64,000 nucleotides of DNA from Sulfurimonas sp. (GCF_026991475.1 NZ_JALXBK010000044.1:6283-70282), one strand, 5' to 3'; positions 10,401 through 20,219 are shown, numbered from the stretch's first letter. Numbers and translations are program-made. The notes: generated by a model from the letters alone, not told the origin.

Positions 10401-11840
10401 AGCCTCTTTAGACTCTTTTATCATTGGTTCAATCACCTGTTCAACTATCTCTTGAGTTATGTTAAAATATCTTTGTTTATGTACCATTGCATCAGTGTCA
10501 ATTTCTACACAACTTACATATTGATTTTCAACATGCTCTTGCAAGTAAATCATATGCTCATTTAACCATTTCATATATGGATTAGAACTTTTTAGATAAT
10601 CATCAATCTCATTTGTTTTAAGAAGCTTTCCAAATTTAAGGTCAAGTCCAAGCATTTCGCCTGATTGTAGGCGACCTCTCTCTTTGATGTCTTCTTCTGC
10701 AATATCAACCACACCATATTCACTGGCAATAAGCAGGTTATCATCTTTTGTGACAATATATTTTGAAGGACGCAGACCGTTTCTGTCGAGAACACAGCCA
10801 ATATAGCGACCATCTGTTACAGAGAATGCAGCAGGTCCATCCCATGCTTCAAACACAGTAGAGTGATACTCATAAAATGCACGAAGTTCAGGATCCATAT
10901 GTGGAGCATTTTGCCATGCTGGAGGAATAACTGCGCGAACAGCTTTAAAAAAGTCCATACCATTTACAATAAGAAATTCAAAGAAATTATCTGCCGAAGC
11001 TGAATCTGATGAACCTGGTTGTAAAATTGGAAGTAATCTTTTTATCTCTTCATCGCTGAAAACATCACTTTTAACAGACTCTGATTTTATAGATACATTA
11101 ATACGGTTCGCTTCAACAGAGTTGATTTCACCGTTGTGAGCAACTGCACGAAACGGTTGTGCCAAACGCCATTCAGGGAGTGTATTTGTTGAAAATCTTT
11201 GGTGAAAAAGTGAAAAAGAGATTTTAAACTTTTCATCTTGTAAGTCTTTGTAAAACTCTTTAATATGAGTAGGCATTACAAGCCCTTTATAAGAGAGGAC
11301 TTTAGAACTCATAGAAGCAATATAAAAAGCTCTATCATCTACTAATTTATGCTCTGTTTCTTTACGAGAAAGATAGAGTAAAGCATCAAATCTATTTGTT
11401 GCCATAATGGAGTTTGCAATAATAAAAACTTGAACAATATGTGGAAGAGAAGCTATAGCTTGGTCACCCAAAGCATTTTTATCTACTGGCACTTCACGTT
11501 TTAAAATAACTTTGAGGTCATTGTTACAACAAATTTTTTCAAGCGTATCTAAATGCTCTAAATCTTTTGTAAATATAGAAGCAACTGCAAACTGTGCAGG
11601 GAGTTCAACGCCCTCTTTTGCAGCCTCTTCTATCATAAACTCTGTAGGCATTGAGAGCAAAAGCCCACTTCCATCACCTGTCTTTCCATCAGCTGCGACA
11701 GCTCCACGATGCATCATACGCTCTAGTGCAGTAACTGCATCATTTAAAACCTTGTGTGAAGGTCTGTTTTTAATATTAGCAACAAGACCAAAACCACAGT
11801 TATCCTTGAAGGATCTTAACAAATCATGATGTTCAACCAT
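7401..11840 (-). CDS. gltB: glutamate synthase large subunit
   Basis: CGFGLVA N-terminal nucleophile, HRGAVAADG, KVAQGAKPGEGGQLPG and GXGXG repeat C-terminus. Start moved to the ATG at 11840, behind a GGGAG RBS. Confidence 0.96.
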   Translation of the reverse strand: MVEHHDLLRSFKDNCGFGLVANIKNRPSHKVLNDAVTALERMMHRGAVAADGKTGDGSGLLLSMPTEFMIEEAAKEGVELPAQFAVASIFTKDLEHLDTLEKICCNNDLKVILKREVPVDKNALGDQAIASLPHIVQVFIIANSIMATNRFDALLYLSRKETEHKLVDDRAFYIASMSSKVLSYKGLVMPTHIKEFYKDLQDEKFKISFSLFHQRFSTNTLPEWRLAQPFRAVAHNGEINSVEANRINVSIKSESVKSDVFSDEEIKRLLPILQPGSSDSASADNFFEFLIVNGMDFFKAVRAVIPPAWQNAPHMDPELRAFYEYHSTVFEAWDGPAAFSVTDGRYIGCVLDRNGLRPSKYIVTKDDNLLIASEYGVVDIAEEDIKERGRLQSGEMLGLDLKFGKLLKTNEIDDYLKSSNPYMKWLNEHMIYLQEHVENQYVSCVEIDTDAMVHKQRYFNITQEIVEQVIEPMIKESKEAVGSMGDDTPLAAFSQKQRNFTDFFKQKFAQVTNPPIDSIREKVVMSLNTGFGEVHNILNEVPMHAQRLKSISPIITREKLVVLKSFGDVKSPRYQDFYKNSTFSTAYKSDLKASLDALVEKVIDSVKNDGSRIIILDDSALDKEHKVIPMALAVGRLNTALLEENIRHLISMIAVTGEVVDSHSAAVLIGYGASAIYPYLLFATVSTQLERSKTINLDCADAYKSVHTALNSGLLKIMSKMGISTIASYRNSALFDVLGLHKDVVQECFEASNATLSGLTYEDLDERLDKTHKDAFDTSGFNKIFPLNIGGYYKFYTGQEHHDFGPAVIHAIHAVSKKPTQENFDRLKNTVNSRGLKFIRDFFEFDSGKKSIDISEVEPKEEIFKRFASAAMSLGSISPEAHETIATAMNRIGAQSNSGEGGEDKARFGTERVSKIKQVASGRFGVTPAYLRSAEEIQIKVAQGAKPGEGGQLPGHKVTPLIGKLRHTVPGVTLISPPPHHDIYSIEDLAQLIFDMKQINPKARVAVKLVSTMGVGTIAAGVAKAYADKIIISGGDGGTGAAPLTSIKFAGNPWEIGLSEAHNALKANNLRGLVELQTDGGLKTGLDIVKAALLGAESYAFGTGVLTIVGCKMLRICHVNKCTVGIATQNEKLRSEFFKGQVEQVINFFTYLAEDVRAIMAELGFRTMQEMIGHVDVLKVKDDAFAKKFDFSSILHKEEGVNTHQQQFNPPFDDNAFEKDVLKEAMTAIKSPDQPIRIKREIKNIHRSFGTLVSGEIAEYYGDAGLKPDTIKINLSGIAGQALGAFLINGISIYLEGVANDYIGKGMHGGKIIITSQNEGEEFSAGGNTCLYGATGGKLYISGSVGERFAVRNSGAFAIVEGTGDNACEYMTGGVVVILGKTGINFGAGMTGGVSFVYDKEHEFVENVNHELVEAVRIDTDEGDEARHYLKRLLKDYVVETQSKKAQELLENFRVEVRNFWLVKPKNLTKLPLNLENGD

Positions 11841-12020
11841 TATAACTCCCAAATTTTTAAATTTTATATAAGAACTATATAAATTTAATCTCTTTTTAAA
11901 GAAACTTAGTCTATTTAGAGATAAAGCACGTATATTATATATTTTTTTACTTTAAATAAGGATAATAATAGTAGAATTTCTTATGAAAAATAAGCCAAGT
12001 GTGTATATAGGAAGCAATTA

Positions 12021-12638
12021 GTGCAAGGATATGTCATAAATCTCAACCGTGTAAAAGAGGAAGATTTAATAGTTACAATACTATCAAAAAATAACTTATA
12101 CACGCTTTATAGATTTTATGGTGCACGCCATAGTGTAATAAATTTAGGCTTTAAAATCGACTTTGAACTAGAAGAGTCTGCCAAAGGAACTATTGCACGA
12201 CTTAAAGATGTAATTCACATCGGTTACAAATGGATAAATGATTATAAACTACTGCGTTTATGGCAAGATTTCACTCTACTTTTTTATAAACACCTCAAAG
12301 ACAGTGAAGATATTGGAACATTTTATTTTGATCTTTTAAACGCAGCGGAGCAAAATTGGGATAAACAGAATCCAAAAAGAGTGGCAATTGAAGCTTATGT
12401 GAAACTTCTTGAAAATGAAGGGAGACTCCACACTGAATTTTACTGCTTTTTATGCTCGCAAGCTATAAAAGAGGATGTTTCCCTCATCCGTGCTTTTTTA
12501 CCTACGCACATAACATGTACCCACACCTTAGCCATCAGCAAAAATGCACTCAATGAACTCTACACAAATAAATCATCTCTCTTTTTAAATGATAAAGAGG
12601 TAGATAGACTCTGGAATATCATGATGGAAGGTTTATAG
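12021..12638 (+). CDS. recO: recombination protein RecO (Campylobacterota type)
   Basis: MQGYVIN...EEDLIV...YRFYGARHS...IDFE N-terminus and CFLC...C-C Zn-binding region. Confidence 0.85.
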   Translation: MQGYVINLNRVKEEDLIVTILSKNNLYTLYRFYGARHSVINLGFKIDFELEESAKGTIARLKDVIHIGYKWINDYKLLRLWQDFTLLFYKHLKDSEDIGTFYFDLLNAAEQNWDKQNPKRVAIEAYVKLLENEGRLHTEFYCFLCSQAIKEDVSLIRAFLPTHITCTHTLAISKNALNELYTNKSSLFLNDKEVDRLWNIMMEGL

Positions 12639-13241
12639 CAGTTCATTTTTATAGTGCTTATTGTACTCCACTATCATTCCATGAAACGCAGCAAATATCT
12701 CAAATAGTTCTGCTTTATTAAACTCTTTACGAAAATCAGACTCTAAAAACTCTTTATACTCTTCATATTTTTTAAATGAAACATCAAACTTTTTAAGTAA
12801 TCTTTTTGTGTAACTATCTACCACCATCTCATCACGCAAACAGGCATAGCAGAGTATGGCATCAGCACTCTCCTCAGCTACTCCTTTTTGTGCCAAGAGC
12901 CAATCACGAGAAACCATCTTTTGAAATGCTTCAAAAGTGCCAAATTCATTTAAAATATTTGTACTAAGCATTAAAAGTCTCGGTGCTTTTTGATTGTAAA
13001 ATCCACTCGGCTTTATCATCTCTTTTAAAGTGGCTTCATCTAAGTTGCTAAACGCAGTGAGTTCTAAAAAACCTTCTAAATTTTCAAGTGACTTTTCTAC
13101 ATTTTTCCAAGTAGTGTTTTGTGTCAAGATAGCACCAACAACCACTTCAAAACTGCCTGCGTTTGGCCACCACCATTTAGAGGAGTTTTCAAGTAACTTT
13201 TTAGATTTTAAAAACGCATATAACTCTTTTGAACTAATCAT
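12633..13241 (-). CDS. HhH-GPD DNA glycosylase (3-methyladenine glycosylase III / endonuclease III-like)
   Basis: FEVVVGAILTQNTTWKNVEK, SGFYNQKA and GVAEESADAIL motifs. Confidence 0.85.
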   Translation of the reverse strand: MISSKELYAFLKSKKLLENSSKWWWPNAGSFEVVVGAILTQNTTWKNVEKSLENLEGFLELTAFSNLDEATLKEMIKPSGFYNQKAPRLLMLSTNILNEFGTFEAFQKMVSRDWLLAQKGVAEESADAILCYACLRDEMVVDSYTKRLLKKFDVSFKKYEEYKEFLESDFRKEFNKAELFEIFAAFHGMIVEYNKHYKNELL

Positions 13242-13242
13242 T

Positions 13243-13800
13243 TTAGCAAATAGGTTTTTGTGCCACCAAAGATGCTACACGTATCTTCTCACCTCGTAAG
13301 TTTACTTCATCTTTTTCTTCATAGTAAACAATATCAAGCCCAATAAAAGCATGTAAGAGTTCATTTTTTCTTAAAAGGTACTCAGGGTTTGCAGGATTAT
13401 TAAAATCTCCATGAGCCACTATAAAAGTCTCAAATATCACAACCCCACCCTCTTTGAGTGCCTCTTTGATTTGAGGAAAAAAACGACGCTGTAAATAATT
13501 AATATTTATAATCAAATCATACTTTTTAGATGTTAATGTATACTCATCTAAATCTACTTCAATCTTATTTATTTTCTTATCTTCATCAATACATGAAAGT
13601 GCATAATCACTCAAATCAACCGCATCAACCATAAAACCTTTTTTAGCTAAAAAGTGTGTATTTCGCCCTGTTCCACATGCAATATCTAAAGCATTTCCAA
13701 CAGTTGCTAAATCAATGTACTTTTCAACCAAAGGTTCAACATTCTTACGCATAGGCTTTTCAACATGACGCACATTCCAACGCTCTTTATCTTCTATCAT
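13243..13800 (-). CDS. class I SAM-dependent methyltransferase (TehB-like)
   Basis: ALDIACGTGRN motif I, VDAVD and YDLII. Confidence 0.85.
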   Translation of the reverse strand: MIEDKERWNVRHVEKPMRKNVEPLVEKYIDLATVGNALDIACGTGRNTHFLAKKGFMVDAVDLSDYALSCIDEDKKINKIEVDLDEYTLTSKKYDLIININYLQRRFFPQIKEALKEGGVVIFETFIVAHGDFNNPANPEYLLRKNELLHAFIGLDIVYYEEKDEVNLRGEKIRVASLVAQKPIC

Positions 13801-13858
13801 TTTTCTCTCCTAAAAGTATGTGTAATTTTTCTACCATCAACCCCAACTCAAAAAATTA

Positions 13859-14572
13859 TTATTTCACATTTAACAAATACTCTTCAACCCACACAGGCAC
13901 AATTTCACTCTTAAATACAAACTCGTTTGCATTATCTACTTGTGCTATCCACAATCTTTCTTGTGATGAGTTATCAAAAATGTAAGCTCTGTTGGAATAT
14001 TTCAAAGCTTCACTAAGTAGTTCTAGTGAGCGGTAGTAACGACTAACTATTTTTTCTTTAGGTACTGGATGTCCACCTTTCTTTACTCTGTTTTGAACAC
14101 GAGATATATTTATAATAGGATCTTTAGTAGCTATAAAATAGAGATAAGTTCTATATCCTGCTTCTTGAGCCTTTTTTAAAAATTCCACTTTATCTCTTGA
14201 TGACATAACCGTTTCAAATGTAAAAGATATTTTTACATTTAGAAGTTGATGACGGATAAAGTCAGCACATACTGAGGCATAGTAAGAGTTTACTACTATA
14301 TTAAAAAAGTCTATTTTGTTATCTGAAAATTTTAAAAGAGAAACATCATCTAGTTCTAAAAGTGGATGGGCATTAAAAAACGATAAAACTTCACTCTCTT
14401 TGCCTACAATCTCATACTTGGATAAATCCAAAAAATCAAACTTTTTTATCTCTTTTTCTATCTCATCAGGGTTGATATACACACCAAGTAATTCTTTACT
14501 TATAATAGTATTAAGTGTACTTTTACCACTTCCATTTGGACCAGCGAACATCCTCAATCTTGGAGTATTCAC
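13859..14572 (-). CDS. zeta-toxin family P-loop kinase/ATPase
   Basis: FAGPNGSGKST Walker A, FTFETVMS and RVQNRVKKGGHPVP, typical of the zeta family. Confidence 0.85.
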   Translation of the reverse strand: MNTPRLRMFAGPNGSGKSTLNTIISKELLGVYINPDEIEKEIKKFDFLDLSKYEIVGKESEVLSFFNAHPLLELDDVSLLKFSDNKIDFFNIVVNSYYASVCADFIRHQLLNVKISFTFETVMSSRDKVEFLKKAQEAGYRTYLYFIATKDPIINISRVQNRVKKGGHPVPKEKIVSRYYRSLELLSEALKYSNRAYIFDNSSQERLWIAQVDNANEFVFKSEIVPVWVEEYLLNVK

Positions 14573-14790
14573 TTTAATAAAACCTTTGAATTTATCTCCA
14601 CATGTAAAGATGGCGCAACATCTTTAATCTTTCGTTTTGTTCCATCAGCAAATATTTCATAAATAGTGTCATTAATAACTTCTAAAACACTATCCCCAGA
14701 TGCTAAAGTGTCAAGATACGCTTTTTGCATGGCACCTTTAGCTAGTAATGGTATAAACGCTTCTAAATTATCAAGTTCTGCATCTTTCAT
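14569..14790 (-). CDS. small protein, putative antitoxin partner of the zeta-like gene
   Basis: 73 aa; its stop overlaps the start of the zeta-like gene; has its own RBS and promoter. Confidence 0.6.
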   Translation of the reverse strand: MKDAELDNLEAFIPLLAKGAMQKAYLDTLASGDSVLEVINDTIYEIFADGTKRKIKDVAPSLHVEINSKVLLK

Positions 14791-14828
14791 AAATTGACTC
14801 CTTTTACACTTATCATTTTATTTGTTTC

Positions 14829-14837
14829 ATTATAGCA
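14829..14837 (-). promoter_or_regulatory. extended -10 promoter of the zeta-like module
   Basis: TGCTATAAT on the minus strand, about 40 nt upstream of the ATG at 14790. Confidence 0.6.
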
Positions 14838-14844
14838 AAATTCA

Positions 14845-15996
14845 TCAAGATAACCGATCCCTATAATCTTCATACCCAAACTCTCTGACAAGCTCCACAC
14901 TTCCATCACTGTGTTTAATAGCTAAAGATGGAAGTTTTATACCGTTAAAGGTGGTATTTTTTACAAATGTGTAGTGAATTTGGTCTTCAAATATTACTCT
15001 ATCACCTACTTTTAAAGGCTCATCAAAGGAGTAGTCTCCCATGATGTCCCCTGCAAGACAGGTGTTGCCGCCTAGTCGGTAGGTGTACTTTTTCTCTCCT
15101 GCTTTGCCTGCTCCTCTTACCTCAGCACGATAAGGCATTGCCAAAGTATCTGGCATATGAGCTTCTGCGGAGGTGTCTAGTATGGCTACGTTCATTCCGT
15201 TTTCAAAGACATCAAGCACCGTTGAAACAAGAGAGCCTGTCTCCCAGCCGACTGCTTCGCCCGGTTCTAAATAAACTTCTACCCCGTACATCTGTCTAAA
15301 CGCAGTAATGAGCCTTATGAGCTTTTCGACATCATACCCCTTTTTCGTGATGTGATGCCCTCCTCCAAAGTTGATATATTTGAGATTTTTAAAGTATTGT
15401 GAGAAGTTCTTCTCAAACGCAGTGAGTACCTCTTCAAGTTCGTCTGCTCCCTGCTCACAAAGTGCATGAAAGTTGAGTCCGTCAAGATGTTCTAAAACTG
15501 ACTCATCAAAATTTTTGAGTGTTGTTCCCAAACGCGAGTAGAGTCCGCAAGGGTTGTAAATATCTACAGGAGAGGCGGAGACTTCAGGGTTTAAACGCAG
15601 TGATATTTCAATGTTTGGGTTTATCTCTTTTACTCTTTTAGCGTATCTGTGTATCTGCGAGGGAGAGTTAAAAACTATGTGATCGCTTATACGTGCTATT
15701 TGCTCTATTTCATCCTCTTTAAACGCAGGCGAATAAGTATGCACCTCTGCGTTTGGATTGAACTTACAAAACTCTTCGCGAGCCAAACGCGCTTCATAAA
15801 GCCCACTTGCCGTACAGCCTTTTAGGTAGCGTGAGACCAGATCAAAAGTGCTCCACATCGCAAAGCCTTTAAGTGCTAAAATAATCTTTGCCCCGCTCCT
15901 TTGCTGCACATCATCCAAAATCTTGAGATTTCTCTCTAAAAGTTCCTCTTCACAGAGGTAGTATGGTGTTTGAAGCTTTTTATGCTGCATTTTCAT
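14845..15996 (-). CDS. nspC: carboxynorspermidine/carboxyspermidine decarboxylase
   Basis: ILALKGFAMW (PLP Lys), GLNFHALCE, NFGGGHHIT, YLEPGEA and GGNTCLAGD. Likely start is 15996 or 15990 rather than the track start. Confidence 0.92.
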   Translation of the reverse strand: MKMQHKKLQTPYYLCEEELLERNLKILDDVQQRSGAKIILALKGFAMWSTFDLVSRYLKGCTASGLYEARLAREEFCKFNPNAEVHTYSPAFKEDEIEQIARISDHIVFNSPSQIHRYAKRVKEINPNIEISLRLNPEVSASPVDIYNPCGLYSRLGTTLKNFDESVLEHLDGLNFHALCEQGADELEEVLTAFEKNFSQYFKNLKYINFGGGHHITKKGYDVEKLIRLITAFRQMYGVEVYLEPGEAVGWETGSLVSTVLDVFENGMNVAILDTSAEAHMPDTLAMPYRAEVRGAGKAGEKKYTYRLGGNTCLAGDIMGDYSFDEPLKVGDRVIFEDQIHYTFVKNTTFNGIKLPSLAIKHSDGSVELVREFGYEDYRDRLS

Positions 15997-16825
15997 ATTT
16001 TTTTCGTATTCTCTTTGCAACTGTTTCAAAGTGTTCTACATCCAGACCAAGTTCTCTGACTTTTTGAGAAGCTTTTTTTATAGACTGATCTGTTAAAACT
16101 TCCTTTAGATTAATGGCAGTTCTTACAATATCTATGGCTTTAATGTACTGTTTAATAATATCATCTACTTCATCATCCATTTTGTCTTCATCTTTGTCAA
16201 GGTTTTTAAGAATTAGTACATAGAGAGAATTTAGATTCCAATGTTCAAATAAAACACCACTCAAATAGTAAGATGTCGTTCCTAAAAACTCCTGCTCAAA
16301 CTCTGGAATGTTTTCACAAGCTAAAAAACCTTCTCTATACATTTCTCTATAAGAGCTTTCCATTAATTCTTTAGAAATAATAATTTTTCCCGACTCCATA
16401 ATAAGACTCAAAGAGGTTAAAAGATGCGTATCTCGTAAATCAATTCTAGAATACCACTGCATCATTAAAGAACTTTCTAAAATACACATTTCGTTAAACT
16501 GTGCATTATTAAACCCATAAATTGTAGTATCTGCTTTTAAATGCTTTGAAATTGCATATTCAATCACTAGACCGTAAATTTGCTGCGTACCCAATAGTGT
16601 TACAGCTTGAGATATAGATATTATCTGATTTCTAAAATTATAATATGGTGAATTTATAGTTTTTAAAATATTTGCAGTAAGCATAACATCGGCTTCTATC
16701 ATTCTCACTAATTTCTTTATATCAACATGATATGCACCATGCGCATAAAGCCCTTCTATTACACTTGCAATTTTAGATAAAGGAGGCATCTCATCAATAT
16801 TTTTTACCAAATCTTCATATGTCAT
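15980..16825 (-). CDS. HDOD domain protein
   Basis: EMPPLS...IEADVMLTANILKTINSPYY...ISQAVTLLG HDOD signature. Confidence 0.85.
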   Translation of the reverse strand: MTYEDLVKNIDEMPPLSKIASVIEGLYAHGAYHVDIKKLVRMIEADVMLTANILKTINSPYYNFRNQIISISQAVTLLGTQQIYGLVIEYAISKHLKADTTIYGFNNAQFNEMCILESSLMMQWYSRIDLRDTHLLTSLSLIMESGKIIISKELMESSYREMYREGFLACENIPEFEQEFLGTTSYYLSGVLFEHWNLNSLYVLILKNLDKDEDKMDDEVDDIIKQYIKAIDIVRTAINLKEVLTDQSIKKASQKVRELGLDVEHFETVAKRIRKKYENAA

Positions 16826-16834
16826 ATTTTTGCC

Positions 16835-18016
16835 TTAAAGCTCTTTAATTTTCCAAGGAAGTCCTTGCTTGTTAAGCTCTTGCATAAATGGATCAGGGTC
16901 GAACTCTTCCATATTATGCACACCCTCTTCATACCATTTTTTCTCCAGCATCAGTTTTGCACCTATCATTGCCGGTACACCCGTTGTGTACGAAACTGCT
17001 TGAGAGTTTACCTCGGCATAACACTTCTCATGGTCACTTACCTGATAAATGTATATTTTTCTCTTTTTACCATCTTTTACACCTTCAGCAACAATTCCGA
17101 TGTTTGTTTTTCCTTTGGTACGAGGTCCGAGTGAAGCAGGATCAGGCAGGAGTGTTTTTAAAAACTCCATAGGAACTATTTTTTGTCCTTGATGCTCAAC
17201 TGGCTCAATGCCAAGCATTCCGACATTTTGTAAACATTTCATATGAGTCAAATAACTCTCACCAAAAGTCATAAAAAATCGAATGCGTTTAAGCCCTTTA
17301 ATGTGTTTGACAAGGGATTCCATCTCTTCATGATAGAGCAGATAGCTATCTTTTTCACCCACTTCAGGATAGTCCCAAACCATTTTTATCTCCATAGGCT
17401 CTGTCTCTATCCACTTGCCATTCTCCCAATAGCGCCCATTTGCACTTACTTCTCGAAGATTTATCTCAGGGTTAAAATTTGTTGCAAAAGCATAGCCGTG
17501 ATCACCAGCGTTACAGTCTAAAATGTCTATGGTCTCTATTTCATCGAAATAATGCTTCTGTGCATAAGCACAAAAAACATTTGTCACACCCGGATCAAAT
17601 CCACTTCCAAGCAACCCCATGATGCCAGCTTTTCTAAACGCAGCATCTCTTTCCCACTGTAATTTATACTCAAATTTTGCTTCATCAGGATGTTCATAGT
17701 TCGCAGTATCGAGATAATCAACACCACATGCAATACAAGCATCCATAATAGTTAAATCCTGATATGGAAGTGCCACATTTATAACAATCGCTGCGTTTAC
17801 TTTCTTAATTAAAGAGATAATATCTTCAGTAATATCCGCATCAACACACTCAGTCTGAATTGTTACATTTTTTATTTCAGCGGCTATTATGTCACATTTA
17901 GATTTTGTTCTACTTGCCAGTACAATATTTCCAAAGACATCCACATTCATCGCACATTTATGGACAACCACGCGTCCAACGCCACCTGCACCAATAATTA
18001 AAGTTGTTTTTTTCAA
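16835..18016 (-). CDS. carboxynorspermidine dehydrogenase (saccharopine dehydrogenase family)
   Basis: IIGAGGVG Rossmann motif, YLDTANYE, GSGFDPGVTN and ATNFNPEINLRE; clustered with nspC. Confidence 0.9.
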   Translation of the reverse strand: MKKTTLIIGAGGVGRVVVHKCAMNVDVFGNIVLASRTKSKCDIIAAEIKNVTIQTECVDADITEDIISLIKKVNAAIVINVALPYQDLTIMDACIACGVDYLDTANYEHPDEAKFEYKLQWERDAAFRKAGIMGLLGSGFDPGVTNVFCAYAQKHYFDEIETIDILDCNAGDHGYAFATNFNPEINLREVSANGRYWENGKWIETEPMEIKMVWDYPEVGEKDSYLLYHEEMESLVKHIKGLKRIRFFMTFGESYLTHMKCLQNVGMLGIEPVEHQGQKIVPMEFLKTLLPDPASLGPRTKGKTNIGIVAEGVKDGKKRKIYIYQVSDHEKCYAEVNSQAVSYTTGVPAMIGAKLMLEKKWYEEGVHNMEEFDPDPFMQELNKQGLPWKIKEL

Positions 18017-20205
18017 AATTTTTCTCCTAAGTAAAGATATAAATTATTATGTTTTTCATCCGCATACCCATAAGTAAAGTAAAATGCACCAAGCGGTGTA
18101 TCTGCTGAAACAAACAAAGAGGCGGAAGATTTTATTTCATCTATATGCAAATTTTTGCCATCTCCCCAAACAGAAGCACCCTCTAGTGTAAAACCACCAT
18201 AAAGAGGAACACCAAGTGAGCCGAAAAAACCGCCATTTTTTATTCTGTAACGGTACATCATACTTGTAAACGCAATGTTATTTCCAGCAAATGAGTTTGC
18301 TGGGTATCCTGAGAGATTAAACATTCCTCCAAGTAAAAACTTATCGTAAACCGTTACCGCTCCTTCTTGCTTACTTTTGACATCTGTAAAACCAAGTTTT
18401 GCATTTATTATAAGCGTATTATCTCTAAAAGTTAAAGGTTTTTGCACTTCGCTATAAAACTGTTCATAGTCATAATCACTTCCCCAAATTTTAGCATCTT
18501 TTTTTATGTTTATTTTGCCTAAAAAACCACTATTTGGAAAGTTATAGTTATCTAGTGAGTCAAAAAGCACTTTTGCGTTTACTTGCCGCGCATTAAACTC
18601 TTCTGAATATTGAATCAAACCAACGTCCGACTTATCTCTGTATGCCGCTGCGTTTAGCTCTGCGCGCAGGCTTCGTGATAGATTTATACCAAAGGCTAAA
18701 CCACCACCATATCCCCTACTCTCAAGTTCTTGATTTCCCACAGTTTTTGTCGGAACAATATAGGTCATTTTTTCATAAGAGACAAAAGGTCTCGCATAGC
18801 ACTTTTGTCTGTAGTCAAGTGGTTGATAGAACTCTGTAGCAAAACGCTGTTTTTTTCCTATTTCTGCATCTGTTCGCCACTCAGCGCCCAAAGAATTGAT
18901 GCCGTACATCAAATAACCGACTTTAAGACTATATGCAGAGTGCCCGTTAAAATCATCATCTAAAGAGAGAGAAAAAAGAACATCTCCATTACTATTCCAA
19001 CTTGGCTCTGTTGTAATAAGCAAAATATTTTTACCCTTGGATTTTACAATTTTATAAGTTATGCTGTCAAATGTAGTAAGATGATAAAGCTTTAGCATAT
19101 CTTCACGCAAAGCTTTATCATTAAATGTAGTACCAGTTTTTTGTCGTATCATTTTTTTAATAACTTCATTTGAAATATACGTCTCATTTTTAATTTTGAT
19201 AGCATCAATGATAAACTTTTTGGCATGGTGTTTTTTTCTGTATTTTTTTCTATATTTTGCATACTCTTGTTTAGAAAGGGACAATCTCTGTAACTGTTTT
19301 ACACTTTTGAGTGCAGTTACATACCCTCGCTCAATTATAGCTGCATATTTGTCCGCATCAAGTCCTGAGTAACCATCAAGTTTTGGTGTGATTAAAATAT
19401 CTTTTGAAGTGAGATGTTTTATGGATTCATTTGCATTTTTACGCATCATTATATCTACAAGTTGTCCAACAACTACAAGGTAGGAATTTACATCTAAAGT
19501 GCTTGAAAAATTTTCACTTACATCCACAGCAATAATAATATCTGCACCCATTTTACGCGCTACATCAATGGGAATATTATCACTAACACCACCATCTACT
19601 AGGTCAATGCCATTAATGTCTATAGGTTGCAAACCTCCAGGAATTGCACTCGAAGCGTAAATAGCCTCAGCAAGTGAACCAGACTTTAGTACCACTTCAT
19701 TACCATTTTTAATGTCCGTCGCAACTGCCCTAAAAGGAATACTTAATTTGTCAAAATCTTTTACATCTGCCACATTTGCAGTCAATTCACTAAATTTCAG
19801 CAAAAGAGGCTCTCTTTTGAGTACACCAGTTGGCAGAACAAGTTCATTGTCTGCATTAATGCCAAATCCAAGTTTGCCTTGGTAAGTATATTCAGTTAAT
19901 TTACGCTGCATTGGAATCTTTTTACGATCCATATCTGCTCGAATGTACTCATGCCAGTTTGTTGAGACCAGCATCTTTTGTATCTCTTGAGGTGTGTTTC
20001 CTGCAGCATAAAGTCCTCCCATAAAGGAGCCCATACTTGTACCAATAATCATATCTATTGGAATGCGGTTTTGTTCCAAAACCTTTAACACACCAACATG
20101 CGCACCACCACGCGCACCACCACCACTTAAAACCAAAGCTATTTTTGGTCTAGTCTCTCCAAAGAGTACCACTGTTACTATAAAAAGCAAAACCAAAAAT
20201 TTCAA
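18013..20205 (-). CDS. patatin-like phospholipase with POTRA and Omp85-type barrel (PlpD-like)
   Basis: Signal peptide; LSGGGARG, GTSMG and DGG patatin motifs; C-terminal beta-barrel ending in F. Confidence 0.87.
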   Translation of the reverse strand: MKFLVLLFIVTVVLFGETRPKIALVLSGGGARGGAHVGVLKVLEQNRIPIDMIIGTSMGSFMGGLYAAGNTPQEIQKMLVSTNWHEYIRADMDRKKIPMQRKLTEYTYQGKLGFGINADNELVLPTGVLKREPLLLKFSELTANVADVKDFDKLSIPFRAVATDIKNGNEVVLKSGSLAEAIYASSAIPGGLQPIDINGIDLVDGGVSDNIPIDVARKMGADIIIAVDVSENFSSTLDVNSYLVVVGQLVDIMMRKNANESIKHLTSKDILITPKLDGYSGLDADKYAAIIERGYVTALKSVKQLQRLSLSKQEYAKYRKKYRKKHHAKKFIIDAIKIKNETYISNEVIKKMIRQKTGTTFNDKALREDMLKLYHLTTFDSITYKIVKSKGKNILLITTEPSWNSNGDVLFSLSLDDDFNGHSAYSLKVGYLMYGINSLGAEWRTDAEIGKKQRFATEFYQPLDYRQKCYARPFVSYEKMTYIVPTKTVGNQELESRGYGGGLAFGINLSRSLRAELNAAAYRDKSDVGLIQYSEEFNARQVNAKVLFDSLDNYNFPNSGFLGKINIKKDAKIWGSDYDYEQFYSEVQKPLTFRDNTLIINAKLGFTDVKSKQEGAVTVYDKFLLGGMFNLSGYPANSFAGNNIAFTSMMYRYRIKNGGFFGSLGVPLYGGFTLEGASVWGDGKNLHIDEIKSSASLFVSADTPLGAFYFTYGYADEKHNNLYLYLGEKF

Positions 20206-20219
20206 AATAAAATCCCTTT

